DNA of 15,993 nt from a virus (taxonomy: Duplodnaviria > Heunggongvirae > Uroviricota > Caudoviricetes), in IMG/VR virus record IMGVR_UViG_637000264_000001; one strand, given 5' to 3'. Below, piece after piece: positions 1 to 11,776 of the stretch. The notes under the pieces are model-generated. The model did not search any database. It was not told the DNA's origin and saw only the letters and a program-made list of their open reading frames with translations. Made by a program: the position numbers and the translations under genes. Position 1 is the first letter of the stretch. Each line of letters begins with the position of its first letter.

Positions 1-45
1 GTGATAGTCTTAATACTAGTTTTTAGACTTGTCATTGGAGAACAG

Positions 46-411
46 ATTATTGATGTCTTAGGGCCGGAGAAACGCAGACGGCGTACCACACAGGAAAAGA
101 TCGCAATTGTTCAGCAGAGCTTTGAACCGGGGATGACGGTCTCCCTCGTTGCCCGGCAACATGGTGTAGCAGCCAGCCAGTTATTTCTCTGGCGTAAGCA
201 ATACCAGGAAGGAAGTCTTACTGCTGTGGCCGCCGGAGAACAGGTTGTTCCTGCCTCTGAACTTGCTGCCGCCATGAAGCAGATTAAAGAACTCCAGCGC
301 CTGCTCGGCAAGAAAACGATGGAAAATGAACTCCTCAAAGAAGCCGTTGAATATGGACGGGCAAAAAAGTGGATAGCGCACGCGCCCTTATTGCCCGGGG
401 ATGGGGAGTAA
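46..411 (+). CDS. insC: IS2 transposase OrfA (InsC); expected initiator position reads ATT instead of ATG
   Basis: Translation ...[40 protein letters not shown]... ending PLLPGDGE matches InsC; codon 46..48 is att where InsC (MIDVLGPEK...) needs ATG. The ORF-track start at position 1 is a window-edge artefact. Confidence 0.8.
363..369 (+). promoter_or_regulatory. A6G slippery heptamer (aaaaaag), candidate programmed -1 frameshift site joining insC to insD
   Basis: gcaaaaaagtgg at the insC/insD overlap; IS3-family elements make an OrfAB fusion by -1 slippage on A6G motifs (established knowledge). Confidence 0.7.
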
Positions 412-1274
412 GCTTAGTCAGCCGTTGTCTCCGGGTGTCGCGTGCGCAGTTGCACGTCATTCTCAGACGAACCGATGACTGGATGGATGGCCGCCGCAGT
501 CGTCACACTGATGATACGGATGTGCTTCTCCGTATACACCATGTTATCGGAGAGCTGCCCACGTATGGTTATCGTCGGGTATGGGCGCTGCTTCGCAGAC
601 AGGCAGAACTTGATGGTATGCCTGCGATCAATGCCAAACGTGTTTACCGGATCATGCGCCAGAATGCGCTGTTGCTTGAGCGAAAACCTGCTGTACCGCC
701 ATCGAAACGGGCACATACAGGCAGAGTAGCCGTGAAAGAAAGCAATCAGCGATGGTGCTCTGACGGGTTCGAGTTCTGCTGTGATAACGGAGAGAGACTG
801 CGTGTCACGTTCGCGCTGGACTGCTGTGATCGTGAGGCACTGCACTGGGCGGGGACTACCGGCGGCTTCAACAGTGAAACAGTACAGGACGTCATGCTGG
901 GAGCGGTGGAACGCCGCTTCGGCAACGATCTTCCGTCGTCTCCAGTGGAGTGGCTGACGGATAATGGTTCATGCTACCGGGCTAATGAAACACGCCAGTT
1001 CGCCCGGATGTTGGGACTTGAACCGAAGAACACGGCGGTGCGGAGTCCGGAGAGTAACGGAATAGCAGAGAGCTTCGTGAAAACGATAAAGCGTGACTAC
1101 ATCAGTATCATGCCCAAACCAGACGGGTTAACGGCAGCAAAGAACCTTGCAGAGGCGTTCGAGCATTATAACGAATGGCATCCGCATAGTGCGCTGGGTT
1201 ATCGCTCGCCACGGGAATATCTGCGGCAGCGGGCTTGTAATGGGTTAAGTGATAACAGATGTCTGGAAATATAG
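369..1274 (+). CDS. insD: IS2 transposase OrfB (InsD), DDE integrase-type catalytic domain
   Basis: 301-aa [33 protein letters not shown]...[24 protein letters not shown], overlapping insC in the -1 frame; matches recalled InsD over its whole length. Confidence 0.92.
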
Positions 1275-1333
1275 GGGCAAATCCAGTATAAGCCATTATC
1301 AAACCCACCCGTAGATAGGCTTTGTAATGGCTA

Positions 1334-1623
1334 CTTCTTCAGAAATGATTCGATGAATTCACGTCGAGGATGACGATAGTTCAGAATATCTTCTGGCATC
1401 CTCATAAAGCGGTTGTTGCCGTCTTTGGCAGTAACAAAACAGCTGTGAACTCCGCAGACATCCGTTTTGATCGTGTCGCTATACTCAAAAAGCAACTGAG
1501 CCATCTTCTCTTGCCATTCTGGAGGCATAGCCTCCATGAATACTCGCGGCATCACGCAGAACGACGCATGCGTAAGACCAAACCACAGTTGCAGGTCTTT
1601 ACGATATTCTTCATCCATCGTCT
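1334..1623 (-). pseudogene. Orphan 3' fragment (about 97 codons) of an unidentified gene, trapped between the IS2 right end and the IS911 end
   Basis: Minus-strand frame open from the IS911 boundary to stop at 1331..1333 (...EEYRKDLQLWFGLTHASFCVMPRVFMEAMPPEWQEKMAQLLFEYSDTIKTDVCGVHSCFVTAKDGNNRFMRMPEDILNYRHPRREFIESFLKK). The first 26 codons of track ORF 1331..1702 are IS911 sequence. Family not recognised. Confidence 0.5.
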
Positions 1624-1631
1624 TGAAGTGG

Positions 1632-2801
<1,170 letters not shown>

Positions 2802-2873
2802 TGGAGCACCTGTGTTGTTCTGAGGTGAGCATATCACCTCTGTTCAGGTGGCCAAATTCAGTGTGCCACTTCA

Positions 2874-3914
2874 CCTTTCTTTCCGAACCTTGTTGATCAC
2901 CTTCTGGTTAAGCATCACACGGCTGATGGCGTTGAAGATGGCATTTCAATCTGCTACTTCAAGCCATACTCGCAAGGCCGTGCTCGCTGGCAGGGTGACA
3001 CAATCCACGGCGTGTGGTTTGACGAAGAGCCACCATACAGCATTTATGGCGAAGGTCTTACCCGTACCAACAAATACGGGCAATTCTCAATTCTGACGTT
3101 TACCCCGCTGATGGGGATGTCTGACGTTGTTACCAAGTTCCTGAAGAACCCCAGCAAGTCGCAGAAAGTGGTCAACATGACCATCTATGACGCTGAGCAC
3201 TATACCGACGAGCAGAAAGAGCAAATCATCGCATCATATCCCGAGCATGAGAGAGAGGCGCGTGCTCGCGGTATTCCTACGATGGGTAGTGGTCGAATCT
3301 TCCAGATACCGGAAGAGACGATTAAGTGTCAGCCGTTCGAGTGTCCTGATCACTTCTACGTAATTGGCGGGATGGATTTCGGATGGGATCACCCACAGGC
3401 GCAAGTTCAGCTTTGGTGGGATAAGGAGGCAGACACAATCTACGTTTCACGCGTGTGGAAGGCGAAAGAAAAAACAGCCGTTCAGGCGTGGGGAGCCGTT
3501 AAATCATGGGCGCATAAAGTGCCAACCGCATGGCCTCATGATGGAAACCAGCACGAGAAGGGCGGCGGTGAGCAGCTCAAAGGGCAGTATGCAGACGCTG
3601 GATTTATGATGTTGCAGGAGCATGCGACATGGCCTGATGGCGGTAACGCTGTTGAGCCAGGCATCACTGAATTGCGCGACATGATGCTCGATGGTCGCTT
3701 CAAAGTATTCAATACCTGTGAGCCATTCTTTGAGGAGTTCCGCCTCTATCACCGTGATGAAAACGGGAAAATCGTCAAGCTTAACGACGACGTGCTATCC
3801 GCCGTTCGCTATGCATACATGATGCGCCGCTTCGCAAAAATGATGCGCGACATCAAAAAACCAAAAGAGAAAAAGATACCAGCCCCAATCAGGCCCATCG
3901 CACGGAGAACTTAA
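2874..3914 (+). pseudogene. Terminase large subunit, 5'-truncated by IS911 (about 347 C-terminal codons remain: Walker B onward plus nuclease domain)
   Basis: Frame open from the IS911 boundary: ...GDTIHGVWFDEEPPYSIYGEG... (Walker-B-like hhhDEE), later HFYVIGGMDFGWDHP and KLNDDVLSAVRYAYMMRR typical of terminase nuclease domains; stop 3912..3914 abuts the portal ATG. No Walker A segment in the window. Confidence 0.8.
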
Positions 3915-6080
3915 ATGGCCGACGAAAACAGACTCAATTCCATTCTGTGTAAGTTTGACGCAGACTGGATGGCGAGCGATGAAGCCAGAACCGAGGCGAC
4001 AAATGACCTGTATTTTAGCCGAGTGTCGCAATGGGATGACTGGCTATCAAACTACACTACCCTGCAATATCGCGGACAATTCGATGTTGTTCGCCCGGAG
4101 GTCAGGAAACTGGTCGCAGAGATGCGCCGGAACCCTGTCGACGTTCTCTTCCGACCCAAAGACGGCGCTAATCCTGATGCAGCCGATGTATTGATGGGGA
4201 TGTATCGTACTGATATGCGCCATAACACGGCAAAGATTGCCGTTAACGTTGGCGTTCGTGAGCAGATAGAGTCAGGCGTTGGTGCATGGCGTCTGGTCAC
4301 GCAGTACGAAGACAACGATCCAACAAGCAACAATCAGGTAATCCGACGCCTGCCAATCCATGAAGCCTGCTCACACGTCATATGGGACGCCAACAGCAAG
4401 CAGATGGATAAGAGCGACGCTAAGCACTGCACGGTGATTAACGCCTTGTCGCGCAATGGCTGGAAAGAGTTCGCAGAGGATTACGGTATTGACCCGGATA
4501 CCCTGCCATCTTTCCAGAATCCTAACGATACATGGCTATTCCCGTGGGTGTCGAATGATGTCGTCTACGTCGCTGAGTATTACGAGGTAGAAGAGGAGAA
4601 GGAGAAGGTCTTCATCTACCGCGACCCGCTGACAGGTGAGCCGGTCAGCTATTACCAGCAGGATATCAAAGACGTCATCGACGACCTGGCTAATCGTGGA
4701 TTCATTAAGGTAGCAGAGCGCAAGGTGAAGCGTCGGCGTGTGTATAAGTCGATCATCACCTGTACGCAGATACTGAAAGACCGCGAGAAGATAGCCGGAG
4801 AGCATATTCCAATCGTTCCAGTGTATGGCGAATGGTCATTCGCTGGTGACAAGGAGTGCTACGAGGGTGTGGTAAGGCTGACGAAAGACGGTCAACGCCT
4901 TCGTAACATGATTATGTCGTTCAACGCCGATATTGTTGCTCGGTCACCGAAGAAGAAACCGACCTTCTTCCCTGAGCAAATCGAAGGCTACGAATACATG
5001 TACGGCGGAAATGATGACTATCCGTACTATCTGCAGAACAGGACTGATGAAAACGGTAACGACCTGCCGATTGGTCCAATCTCCTACATGGAAAACCCTG
5101 AAGTGCCGCAAGCCAACGCTTACATGCTTGAGGCTGCCACCAACGCAGTGAAAGAAGTGGCTAGTCTTGGCGTGGATGCGCAGGCGGCAAATGGTCAGGT
5201 CGCTTTTGATACCGTCAATCAACTGAACATGCGGGCAGACCTTGAGACATACGTGTTTCAGGATAACCTGGCTACCGCAATGCGACGTGATGGCGAGATT
5301 TATGCCTCAATGGTCAACGATATTTATGACGTTCCTCGTCATGTAACGCTGACACTTGAAGATGGAAGCGAGAAAGACGTTCAACTCTATGCGCAAGTTG
5401 TCGATTACCAGTCCGGCAATGTGGTCACACTCAACGACATTCGCGGTCGATATGAGTGCTATACAGACGTTGGGCCATCCTTCCAGAGTATGAAGGAACA
5501 GAACCGCGCAGAGATTCAGGAGTTGCTCACCAAGGTTCCGCAAGGTACTCCAGAGTTCCAGATGCTGATGCTGCAATACTTCACGCTGCTTGACGGTAAA
5601 GGCGTCGAGATGATGCGAGAGTACGCGAACAAGCAACTGGTGATGATGGGGCTGAAGAAACCAGAAACACCTGAAGAGATGGAGATGGTGCAGCAGGCAC
5701 AACAACAGCCGCAGCAGCCATCAGCAGAGCAAATTCAGGCGCAGGGTATCCTTCTGCAAGGTCAGGCTGAATTGCTCAAGGCAGAGAACCAACAGGCGCA
5801 GATTCAGGTTGAAGCTGCCAAGGTTGAAGCCCAAAACCAACTCAACGCCGCGAAGATTGCAGAAATATTCAACAATATGGACCTCGACAAGCAGGCAGAA
5901 CTGCGTGAGTACCTCAGGCTCGTAGGTCAATTCCAGCAACAGCGCAGCAAAGATGCTCGTGCTAACGCTGAGCTGCTTCTTAAAGATGCAGACCAGACTC
6001 ATTCACAACGCATGGATTTCGCGAATCTTATGCGTCAAGTTCAAATCCCCTCCGGCGGAGTAGCCGAGACACCTCAATAA
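3915..6080 (+). CDS. Portal protein (P22 gp1-like, 721 aa)
   Basis: Full-length ORF; near-collinear similarity to P22 portal as I recall it ([11 protein letters not shown]...[15 protein letters not shown]...[15 protein letters not shown]...[23 protein letters not shown]...), with the Gln-rich helical C-terminus. Confidence 0.95.
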   Translation: MADENRLNSILCKFDADWMASDEARTEATNDLYFSRVSQWDDWLSNYTTLQYRGQFDVVRPEVRKLVAEMRRNPVDVLFRPKDGANPDAADVLMGMYRTDMRHNTAKIAVNVGVREQIESGVGAWRLVTQYEDNDPTSNNQVIRRLPIHEACSHVIWDANSKQMDKSDAKHCTVINALSRNGWKEFAEDYGIDPDTLPSFQNPNDTWLFPWVSNDVVYVAEYYEVEEEKEKVFIYRDPLTGEPVSYYQQDIKDVIDDLANRGFIKVAERKVKRRRVYKSIITCTQILKDREKIAGEHIPIVPVYGEWSFAGDKECYEGVVRLTKDGQRLRNMIMSFNADIVARSPKKKPTFFPEQIEGYEYMYGGNDDYPYYLQNRTDENGNDLPIGPISYMENPEVPQANAYMLEAATNAVKEVASLGVDAQAANGQVAFDTVNQLNMRADLETYVFQDNLATAMRRDGEIYASMVNDIYDVPRHVTLTLEDGSEKDVQLYAQVVDYQSGNVVTLNDIRGRYECYTDVGPSFQSMKEQNRAEIQELLTKVPQGTPEFQMLMLQYFTLLDGKGVEMMREYANKQLVMMGLKKPETPEEMEMVQQAQQQPQQPSAEQIQAQGILLQGQAELLKAENQQAQIQVEAAKVEAQNQLNAAKIAEIFNNMDLDKQAELREYLRLVGQFQQQRSKDARANAELLLKDADQTHSQRMDFANLMRQVQIPSGGVAETPQ

Positions 6081-6093
6081 GAGAGAGTTAATC

Positions 6094-7005
6094 ATGGACC
6101 AAACCACCGACATTCAGGCTTCTGAAGAATTAACCCTGCCCGGCAATCATGCAGCGGCATCTGCTGATGGCTTAGTTGTCGATAATGCCAACGACAGCGC
6201 AGGTCAGGAAGAAGGCTTTGAGATTGTCCGGAAAGACGATGAGAAACCAAAACAAGACCCGGCAACTAATGCTGAATTTGCCCGTCGCCGCATCGAACGC
6301 AAACGCCAGCGTGAGCTTGAGCAGCAGATGGAAGCGGTTAAGCGTGGAGAGTTGCCGGAGCACCTGCGGGTGAACCCTGAGTTACCAAAACAACCAGACC
6401 CTAACGATTATCTTTCCGAAGATGCACTGGCTAAGTACGACTATGACCAGAGCCGCGCACTGGCTGCCTTCCAGCAGGCAAACAGTGAATGGCAGATCAA
6501 GGCTATGGACGCACGAAGCCAGGCTGTCGCCGAGCAGGGTCGCAAAACTCAGGAGTTCACCCAGCAATCAGCGCAATACGTCGAGGCGGCCCGTAAGCAC
6601 TACGAGGCAGCGGAAAAGCTCAATATCCCTGACTATCAGGAGAAAGAGGATGCATTCATGCAACTGGTGCCGCCAGCAGTCGGTGCCGACATCATGCGCC
6701 TCTTCCCGGAGAAATCCGCCGCTCTCATGTATCACCTTGGTGCTAATCCTGAGAAAACACGCCAGTTGCTGGCGATGGACGGGCAATCCGCGCTGATTGA
6801 ACTCACTCGACTGTCAGAACGTTTAACTCTCAAGCCTCGAGCCAAGCCTGTTTCAGAAGCCCCGTTACCTGATGAACCCATTCAGGGACATGCTGTTGCT
6901 GCAAATATCTCTGCGATTGAAAAGCAGATGGAGGCGGCAGCAAACAAAGGGGATGTAGAGACGTACCGCAAGCTCAAGGCGCAACTGAATAAAGGAATTC
7001 GATAA
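6094..7005 (+). CDS. Scaffolding protein (P22 gp8-like, 303 aa)
   Basis: Position between portal and coat; same length as P22 scaffold; sequence ...[49 protein letters not shown]...[18 protein letters not shown]; RBS gagag upstream. Confidence 0.9.
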   Translation: MDQTTDIQASEELTLPGNHAAASADGLVVDNANDSAGQEEGFEIVRKDDEKPKQDPATNAEFARRRIERKRQRELEQQMEAVKRGELPEHLRVNPELPKQPDPNDYLSEDALAKYDYDQSRALAAFQQANSEWQIKAMDARSQAVAEQGRKTQEFTQQSAQYVEAARKHYEAAEKLNIPDYQEKEDAFMQLVPPAVGADIMRLFPEKSAALMYHLGANPEKTRQLLAMDGQSALIELTRLSERLTLKPRAKPVSEAPLPDEPIQGHAVAANISAIEKQMEAAANKGDVETYRKLKAQLNKGIR

Positions 7006-8300
7006 TGGCATTAAATGAAGGTCAACTGGTCACGTATGCTCTGGATGAAATCATCGGAACCGTCCAGAACCTGACGCCAATGGCGTCAAAAGTGACAAAA
7101 TACCCCCCTCCGGCAGAATCCATGCAGCGTTCAAGCAACACCGTGTGGATGCCTGTTGAGCAGGAAGCGCCAACCCAGACTGGCTGGGATTTAACTGGCA
7201 ACGCAACCGGGATTCTGGAACTCTCCGTGAAGTGCAACATGGGCGATCCGGATAACGATTTCTTCGAGCTTCGTGCAGATGACCTGCGTGATGAGCGTTC
7301 TTACCGTCGCCGCATCCAGGCATCCGCCAAAAAACTGGCGAATAACATTGAGTCAGCGATTGCCAAACAGGCAACTGAAATGGGCTCGCTTGTTGTTCAC
7401 GATACCCGCGCAATTGGTCCATCGACTGGCCTGCCTGGCTGGGATTTTGTGTCTGATGCAGAGCGACTGATGTTCTCCCGTGAGCTAAACCGCGACATGG
7501 GCATCAGTTACTTCCTGAACCCTGACGATTACCGCAAAGCAGGCCGCAACCTGGTAGATGGTGACATCTTCGGGCGCGTTCCTGAAGAAGCATATCGAAA
7601 CGGTACTATTCAGCGTCAGATTGCTGGCTTTGATGAAATTCTTCGCTCACCGAAACTTCCGGCAGTTACCAAGTCAACCGCGACTGGTGTAACTGTTTCT
7701 GGTGCGCAGAAGTTTAAGCCGCAGGCATACACCCTTGATACCGATGGTAACAAAGAGAACGTCGACAACCGTGTTGCAACGGTGACCGTATCCTCCACCA
7801 CCGGATTTAAGCGCGGCGACAAAATCAGCTTCATTGGTGTGAAGTTCCTGTCTCAGATGGCGAAGAATGTGCTGACTGATGACGCGACTTTCTCAATCAC
7901 CCGTGTGATCGATGGTACTCACATCGAAATCACGCCGAAGCCGATTGCGCTGGATGACGCGTCACTGACAAAAGAAGAGAAGGCTTACGCTAACGTAAAC
8001 ACCTCTCTTGCTGATACCACTCCGGTAAACGTTCTGAACGTGGCAACAACCACCGCTAACGTGTTCTGGGCTGATGACTCAATCCGCCTGCTGTCTCAGC
8101 CGATCCCGGTAACCCATGAACTGTTTGCTGGCATGAAAACGTCTTCCTTCAGCATTCCAGGTATTGGTGTTAACGGCATCTTCGCAACGCAGGGTGATAT
8201 CAACACTCTGTCTGGTAAGTGCCGTATTGCTGTGTGGTATTCAGCATGTGCTGTACGACCAGAGGCAATTGGTGTTGGTCTGCCTAACCAGACCGCGTGA
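7005..8300 (+). CDS. Major capsid (coat) protein (P22 gp5-like, 431 aa)
   Basis: [10 protein letters not shown]...[23 protein letters not shown]...[29 protein letters not shown]... closely matches P22 coat; start overlaps scaffold stop (taatg). Confidence 0.95.
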   Translation: MALNEGQLVTYALDEIIGTVQNLTPMASKVTKYPPPAESMQRSSNTVWMPVEQEAPTQTGWDLTGNATGILELSVKCNMGDPDNDFFELRADDLRDERSYRRRIQASAKKLANNIESAIAKQATEMGSLVVHDTRAIGPSTGLPGWDFVSDAERLMFSRELNRDMGISYFLNPDDYRKAGRNLVDGDIFGRVPEEAYRNGTIQRQIAGFDEILRSPKLPAVTKSTATGVTVSGAQKFKPQAYTLDTDGNKENVDNRVATVTVSSTTGFKRGDKISFIGVKFLSQMAKNVLTDDATFSITRVIDGTHIEITPKPIALDDASLTKEEKAYANVNTSLADTTPVNVLNVATTTANVFWADDSIRLLSQPIPVTHELFAGMKTSSFSIPGIGVNGIFATQGDINTLSGKCRIAVWYSACAVRPEAIGVGLPNQTA

Positions 8301-8306
8301 TAACCA

Positions 8307-8331
8307 GAGGGAGCTTCGGCTCCCGTTTTTA
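8307..8331 (+). terminator. Rho-independent terminator-like hairpin directly after the coat gene
   Basis: gggagc-ttcg-gctccc (6-bp GC-rich stem 8309..8314 / 8319..8324, TTCG tetraloop) followed by gttttta. Confidence 0.7.
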
Positions 8332-8344
8332 TCTGGAGACAAGC

Positions 8345-8575
8345 ATGACACACATGATCTTTCGTCATGGCGACATGAAGAAGTGGAAAGGCGTTGGCTA
8401 CGACTTTGAAATCGTGAAAGCCGAAGAGCTTCAGGAATATCTGGATGCTGGCTGGTTTTCACATCCTGATGACCTTTTGAAGGATGTTGCAGAGCCAGAG
8501 CCAGAAGAAAAACAGCGTAAAAAGCCTGGTCGAAAACCTAAGGCGGCAGCAGATGAACCTGACAACGAAGGGTGA
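8345..8575 (+). CDS. Small hypothetical protein (76 aa) between coat and gp4-like genes
   Basis: ATG at 8345 with ggaga 7 nt upstream; [76 protein letters not shown]; 3' end overlaps the next gene start by 23 nt. No family recognised. Confidence 0.6.
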   Translation: MTHMIFRHGDMKKWKGVGYDFEIVKAEELQEYLDAGWFSHPDDLLKDVAEPEPEEKQRKKPGRKPKAAADEPDNEG

Positions 8576-9053
8576 TTTAGTTCTTGCGGCATTACGTAAG
8601 CTCGGTGTTGCATCAAATGCCACGTTAACCGATGTCGAACCGCAGTCTATGGAAGACGGCGTCAACGACCTTGAAATGATGATGGCTGAATGGCTTGGCG
8701 GTGATGCGTCACCTGGTATCAACGTTGGCTACATTTTTGCTGATGCAGATGTTGCTCCGGATCCGGGCGATGAGCACGGTTTATCAAATAACGCTATCAA
8801 TGCCGTCATTTTCAACCTTGCCTGCCGAATTGCTCCAGATTATGCGCTGGAAGCGTCTGCAAAACTTATAACCACTGCCAGATACGGGAAAGAGCGACTC
8901 GTCAAACTGTCTGCAATGGACAGGGCAAAAGCAGCTAAATGTAAGTCCGGTTATCCAAACCGTATGCCTGTTGGTAGTGGTAACCAGTTGGCGAAGTGGA
9001 ATGGTTGGAATTACTTCCACCGAAAGGAACCTTGCGATAACGGGAGCGAATAA
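8553..9053 (+). CDS. Head-completion / tail-accessory protein (P22 gp4-like, 166 aa)
   Basis: [47 protein letters not shown]...[14 protein letters not shown]... resembles P22 gp4 and has the same length; the track ORF from 8484 is an upstream in-frame extension. Confidence 0.85.
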   Translation: MNLTTKGDLVLAALRKLGVASNATLTDVEPQSMEDGVNDLEMMMAEWLGGDASPGINVGYIFADADVAPDPGDEHGLSNNAINAVIFNLACRIAPDYALEASAKLITTARYGKERLVKLSAMDRAKAAKCKSGYPNRMPVGSGNQLAKWNGWNYFHRKEPCDNGSE

Positions 9054-10471
9054 TGCCTATTCAGCAACTTCCGCTTATGAAAGGTGTCGGCAAAGACTTC
9101 CGAAACGCCGACTATATCGACTATCTGCCAGTGAATATGCTGGCTACACCCAAAGAAATCCTGAACAGCAGCGGATATCTTCGCTCATTCCCGGGCATTG
9201 CCAAACGTTCTGACGTGAACGGTGTATCTCGCGGCGTCGAGTACAACATGGCGCAGAATGCTGTTTATCGCGTGTGTGGCGGCAAGCTGTACAAAGGAGA
9301 AAGTGAAGTCGGTGATGTTGCCGGAAGTGGTCGTGTATCAATGGCGCATGGTCGGACATCACAGGCGGTAGGCGTTAATGGTCAACTGGTCGAGTATCGC
9401 TATGATGGCACGGTCAAAACCGTCTCAAACTGGCCTACAGACAGTGGATTCACTCAGTATGAGTTAGGTTCAGTTCGCGACATTACGCGCTTACGTGGGC
9501 GTTATGCGTGGTCAAAAGACGGAACTGATTCATGGTTTATCACTGACCTTGAAGACGAATCTCATCCTGACCGTTACAGCGCACAATATCGTGCCGAGTC
9601 TCAGCCTGACGGCATCATCGGTATCGGGACATGGCGAGACTTCATCGTCTGCTTTGGTTCATCGACTATTGAATATTTCTCCCTGACTGGCGCAACCACC
9701 GTTGGTGCCGCTTTGTATGTTGCACAACCATCGCTGATGGTGCAGAAAGGCATTGCCGGAACTTACTGCAAAACGCCATTCGCTGATTCGTATGCGTTTA
9801 TCAGCAATCCGGCAACGGGTGCGCCGTCTGTGTATATCATCGACTCCGGTCAGGTGTCACCAATTGCCAGCGCGAGCATTGAGAAAATCCTCCGCTCCTA
9901 CACTGCTGATGAACTGGCTGATGGTGTGATGGAATCGCTGCGATTTGATGCTCATGAGTTGCTGATTATCCACCTTCCGCGTCACGTCCTCGTGTACGAC
10001 GCATCTTCAATCGCCAATGGCCCACAATGGTGTGTGCTGAAAACAGGTCTGTATGACGATGTGTACCGCGCTATCGACTTCGTTTACGAAGGCAATCAGA
10101 TAACGTGCGGCGATAAGCTGGAATCTGTTACCGGGAAACTGCAATTCGATATCAGCAGCCAGTACGACAAGCAACAGGAACACCTGCTGTTTACTCCACT
10201 CTTCAAAGCGGATAACGCCAGAGTGTTCGACCTTGAGGTTGAATCGTCAACTGGCGTTGCGCAGTACGCCGACCGCCTTTTTCTCTCTGCAACCACTGAC
10301 TGCATCAATTACGGGCGTGAGCAGATGATTGAGCAGAATGAACCGTTCGTTTACGACAAGCGTGTTTTGTGGAAGCGAGTAGGGCGCATCAGGAAAAATG
10401 TCGGCTTCAAATTGCGCGTTATCACGAAGTCACCTGTCACTCTGTCTGGCGCTCAGATAAGGATTGAGTAA
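9053..10471 (+). CDS. Tail-accessory protein (P22 gp10-like, 472 aa)
   Basis: [49 protein letters not shown]... strong collinear match to P22 gp10, same length; taatg overlap with upstream gene. Confidence 0.9.
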   Translation: MPIQQLPLMKGVGKDFRNADYIDYLPVNMLATPKEILNSSGYLRSFPGIAKRSDVNGVSRGVEYNMAQNAVYRVCGGKLYKGESEVGDVAGSGRVSMAHGRTSQAVGVNGQLVEYRYDGTVKTVSNWPTDSGFTQYELGSVRDITRLRGRYAWSKDGTDSWFITDLEDESHPDRYSAQYRAESQPDGIIGIGTWRDFIVCFGSSTIEYFSLTGATTVGAALYVAQPSLMVQKGIAGTYCKTPFADSYAFISNPATGAPSVYIIDSGQVSPIASASIEKILRSYTADELADGVMESLRFDAHELLIIHLPRHVLVYDASSIANGPQWCVLKTGLYDDVYRAIDFVYEGNQITCGDKLESVTGKLQFDISSQYDKQQEHLLFTPLFKADNARVFDLEVESSTGVAQYADRLFLSATTDCINYGREQMIEQNEPFVYDKRVLWKRVGRIRKNVGFKLRVITKSPVTLSGAQIRIE

Positions 10472-11319
10472 TGGCTGATTCGAATCTCAATGTGCCGGTA
10501 ATCATCCAAGCTACGCGGCTCGATACATCAGTCCTTCCACGCAATATCTTCTCGCAGTCGTATCTGCTTTACGTTATCGCACAGGGCACTGATGTTGGTA
10601 ACGTGGCTAACAAAGCCAACGAGGCCGGACAGGGCGCTTATGATGCACAGGTCAGGAACGATGAGCAGGATGTGATTCTCGCTGACCATGAGCAGCGAAT
10701 TTCTGCTGCGGAAGCAACGCTTGTTAATCATGAGGAGCGAATCAGACAGGCAGAATCAACTCTTCAGGACCATGAAACACGAATAGCTCAGAATGAAAGC
10801 GATATTTCGTCGCTTGACACAAGAGTTCAGTCGCTGGAGTCGCAGGTTTCAGACCATGAAACGCGCATCGATGCTCTGGAGTATGCAACCACACGCAAGA
10901 AGTCAGAGGTTGTTTACTCTGGTGTATCTGTAACCATCCCGACAGCGCCGACCAACCTTGTTAGCCTGCTGAAAACGCTCACACCGTCATCCGGCTCGTT
11001 GGCACCATTCTTCGACACCGTTAACAACAAGATGGTTGTGTTCAACGAGAACAAAACCCTGCTCTTCAAGTTGTCGATTGTCGGCACGTGGCCCAGCGGA
11101 ACCGCCAACAGGTCAATGCAGCTAACCTTTTCCGGCTCTGTTCCTGACACACTGGTCAGCAGTCGTAATGCGGCGACAACAACCGACAACATCCTGTTAG
11201 CTACGTTCTTCAGCGTGGATAAAGACGGCTTTCTTGCCACAAATGGCAGTACGTTAACCATTCAGTCGAATGGTGCGGCGTTTACTGCCACAACCATCAA
11301 GATAATCGCGGAGCAGTGA
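10471..11319 (+). CDS. Tail needle protein (P22 gp26 family) with C-terminal knob domain (Sf6/HK620 type, 282 aa)
   Basis: N-terminus [43 protein letters not shown] matches gp26; central heptad-repeat coiled coil; C-terminal ~140 aa non-helical Ser/Thr-rich extension. Confidence 0.85.
   Translation: MADSNLNVPVIIQATRLDTSVLPRNIFSQSYLLYVIAQGTDVGNVANKANEAGQGAYDAQVRNDEQDVILADHEQRISAAEATLVNHEERIRQAESTLQDHETRIAQNESDISSLDTRVQSLESQVSDHETRIDALEYATTRKKSEVVYSGVSVTIPTAPTNLVSLLKTLTPSSGSLAPFFDTVNNKMVVFNENKTLLFKLSIVGTWPSGTANRSMQLTFSGSVPDTLVSSRNAATTTDNILLATFFSVDKDGFLATNGSTLTIQSNGAAFTATTIKIIAEQ
10684..10880 (+). repeat. Tandem ~42-nt (14-codon) periodic repeats encoding DHExRI-type coiled-coil units within the tail needle gene
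   Basis: gaccatgagcagcgaat (10684), aatcatgaggagcgaat (10726), gaccatgaaacacgaat (10768), gaccatgaaacgcgcat (10851); protein [67 protein letters not shown]. Confidence 0.7.
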
Positions 11320-11774
11320 TGATTACATTCAAACCAACGCGAAACATCGACCTGATAGAAGCAGTCGGAAATCACCCTGACATTATCGCCGGGAGCAACA
11401 ACGGTGATGGATACGACTACAAACCTGAATGCCGTTACTTTGAGGTGAACGTGCACGGTCAGTTTGGCGGCATTGTTTACTATCAGGAGATTCAGCCGCT
11501 GACATTAGATTGCCACGCCATGTACCTGCCAGAGATTCGCGGCTTCAGCAAGGAAATTGGGCTGGCGTTCTGGCGATACATTCTGACTAACACCACCGTT
11601 CAGTGCGTAACATCGTTCGCTGCACGCAAATTCCGACACGGTCAGATGTACTGCGCAATGATTGGCCTTAAGCGTGTAGGAACCATCAAGAAATACTTCA
11701 AAGGCGTGGATGACGTGACTTTTTACAGCGCCACACGCGAAGAACTAATCGACTTCCTGAATCACGGGAGATAG
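11319..11774 (+). CDS. P22 gp14-like virion assembly protein (151 aa)
   Basis: [23 protein letters not shown]...YDYKPECRYFEVNVHGQFGGIVYY...; ATG at 11319 overlaps the tail needle stop (gtgatga); the track start at 11316 is GTG one codon upstream. Confidence 0.8.
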   Translation: MITFKPTRNIDLIEAVGNHPDIIAGSNNGDGYDYKPECRYFEVNVHGQFGGIVYYQEIQPLTLDCHAMYLPEIRGFSKEIGLAFWRYILTNTTVQCVTSFAARKFRHGQMYCAMIGLKRVGTIKKYFKGVDDVTFYSATREELIDFLNHGR

Positions 11775-11776
11775 CC

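Larger units (their letters stand above)
1..1285 (+). mobile_element. IS2 (IS3 family), partial: window begins inside the left end; right end at about 1285
   Basis: Both encoded proteins match IS2 InsC/InsD as I recall them; sequence upstream of insC (...gtgatagtcttaatactagtttttagac...) and the end ...tggaaatataggggcaaatcca match recalled IS2 termini. Element boundaries placed from memory, not alignment. Confidence 0.9.

Noticed and set aside
1-45. GTG start at position 1 of track ORF 1..411
   Set aside because: Window-edge artefact: the frame simply stays open upstream of the expected insC initiator; this region is the IS2 left-end non-coding sequence.
2848-3096. 82-aa plus-strand ORF spanning the IS911 end
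   Set aside because: Starts inside the IS911 terminal repeat and is out of frame with the terminase fragment, which is the coherent reading.
4052-5705. Antisense ORFs inside the portal gene (4052..4333, 4536..4805, 4944..5222, 5307..5705 on the minus strand)
   Set aside because: Shadow ORFs within a confidently assigned coding region; translations are low-complexity with no recognisable domains.
5680-6000. Gln-rich low-complexity stretch at the portal 3' end as a possible repeat or insertion
   Set aside because: P22-family portals have a long Gln-rich helical C-terminus, so this is expected protein sequence.
8484-8552. N-terminal extension of the gp4-like ORF (track start 8484)
   Set aside because: The P22 gp4-like sequence and matching 166-aa length begin at the ATG at 8553; the extension lies inside the small upstream ORF in another frame.
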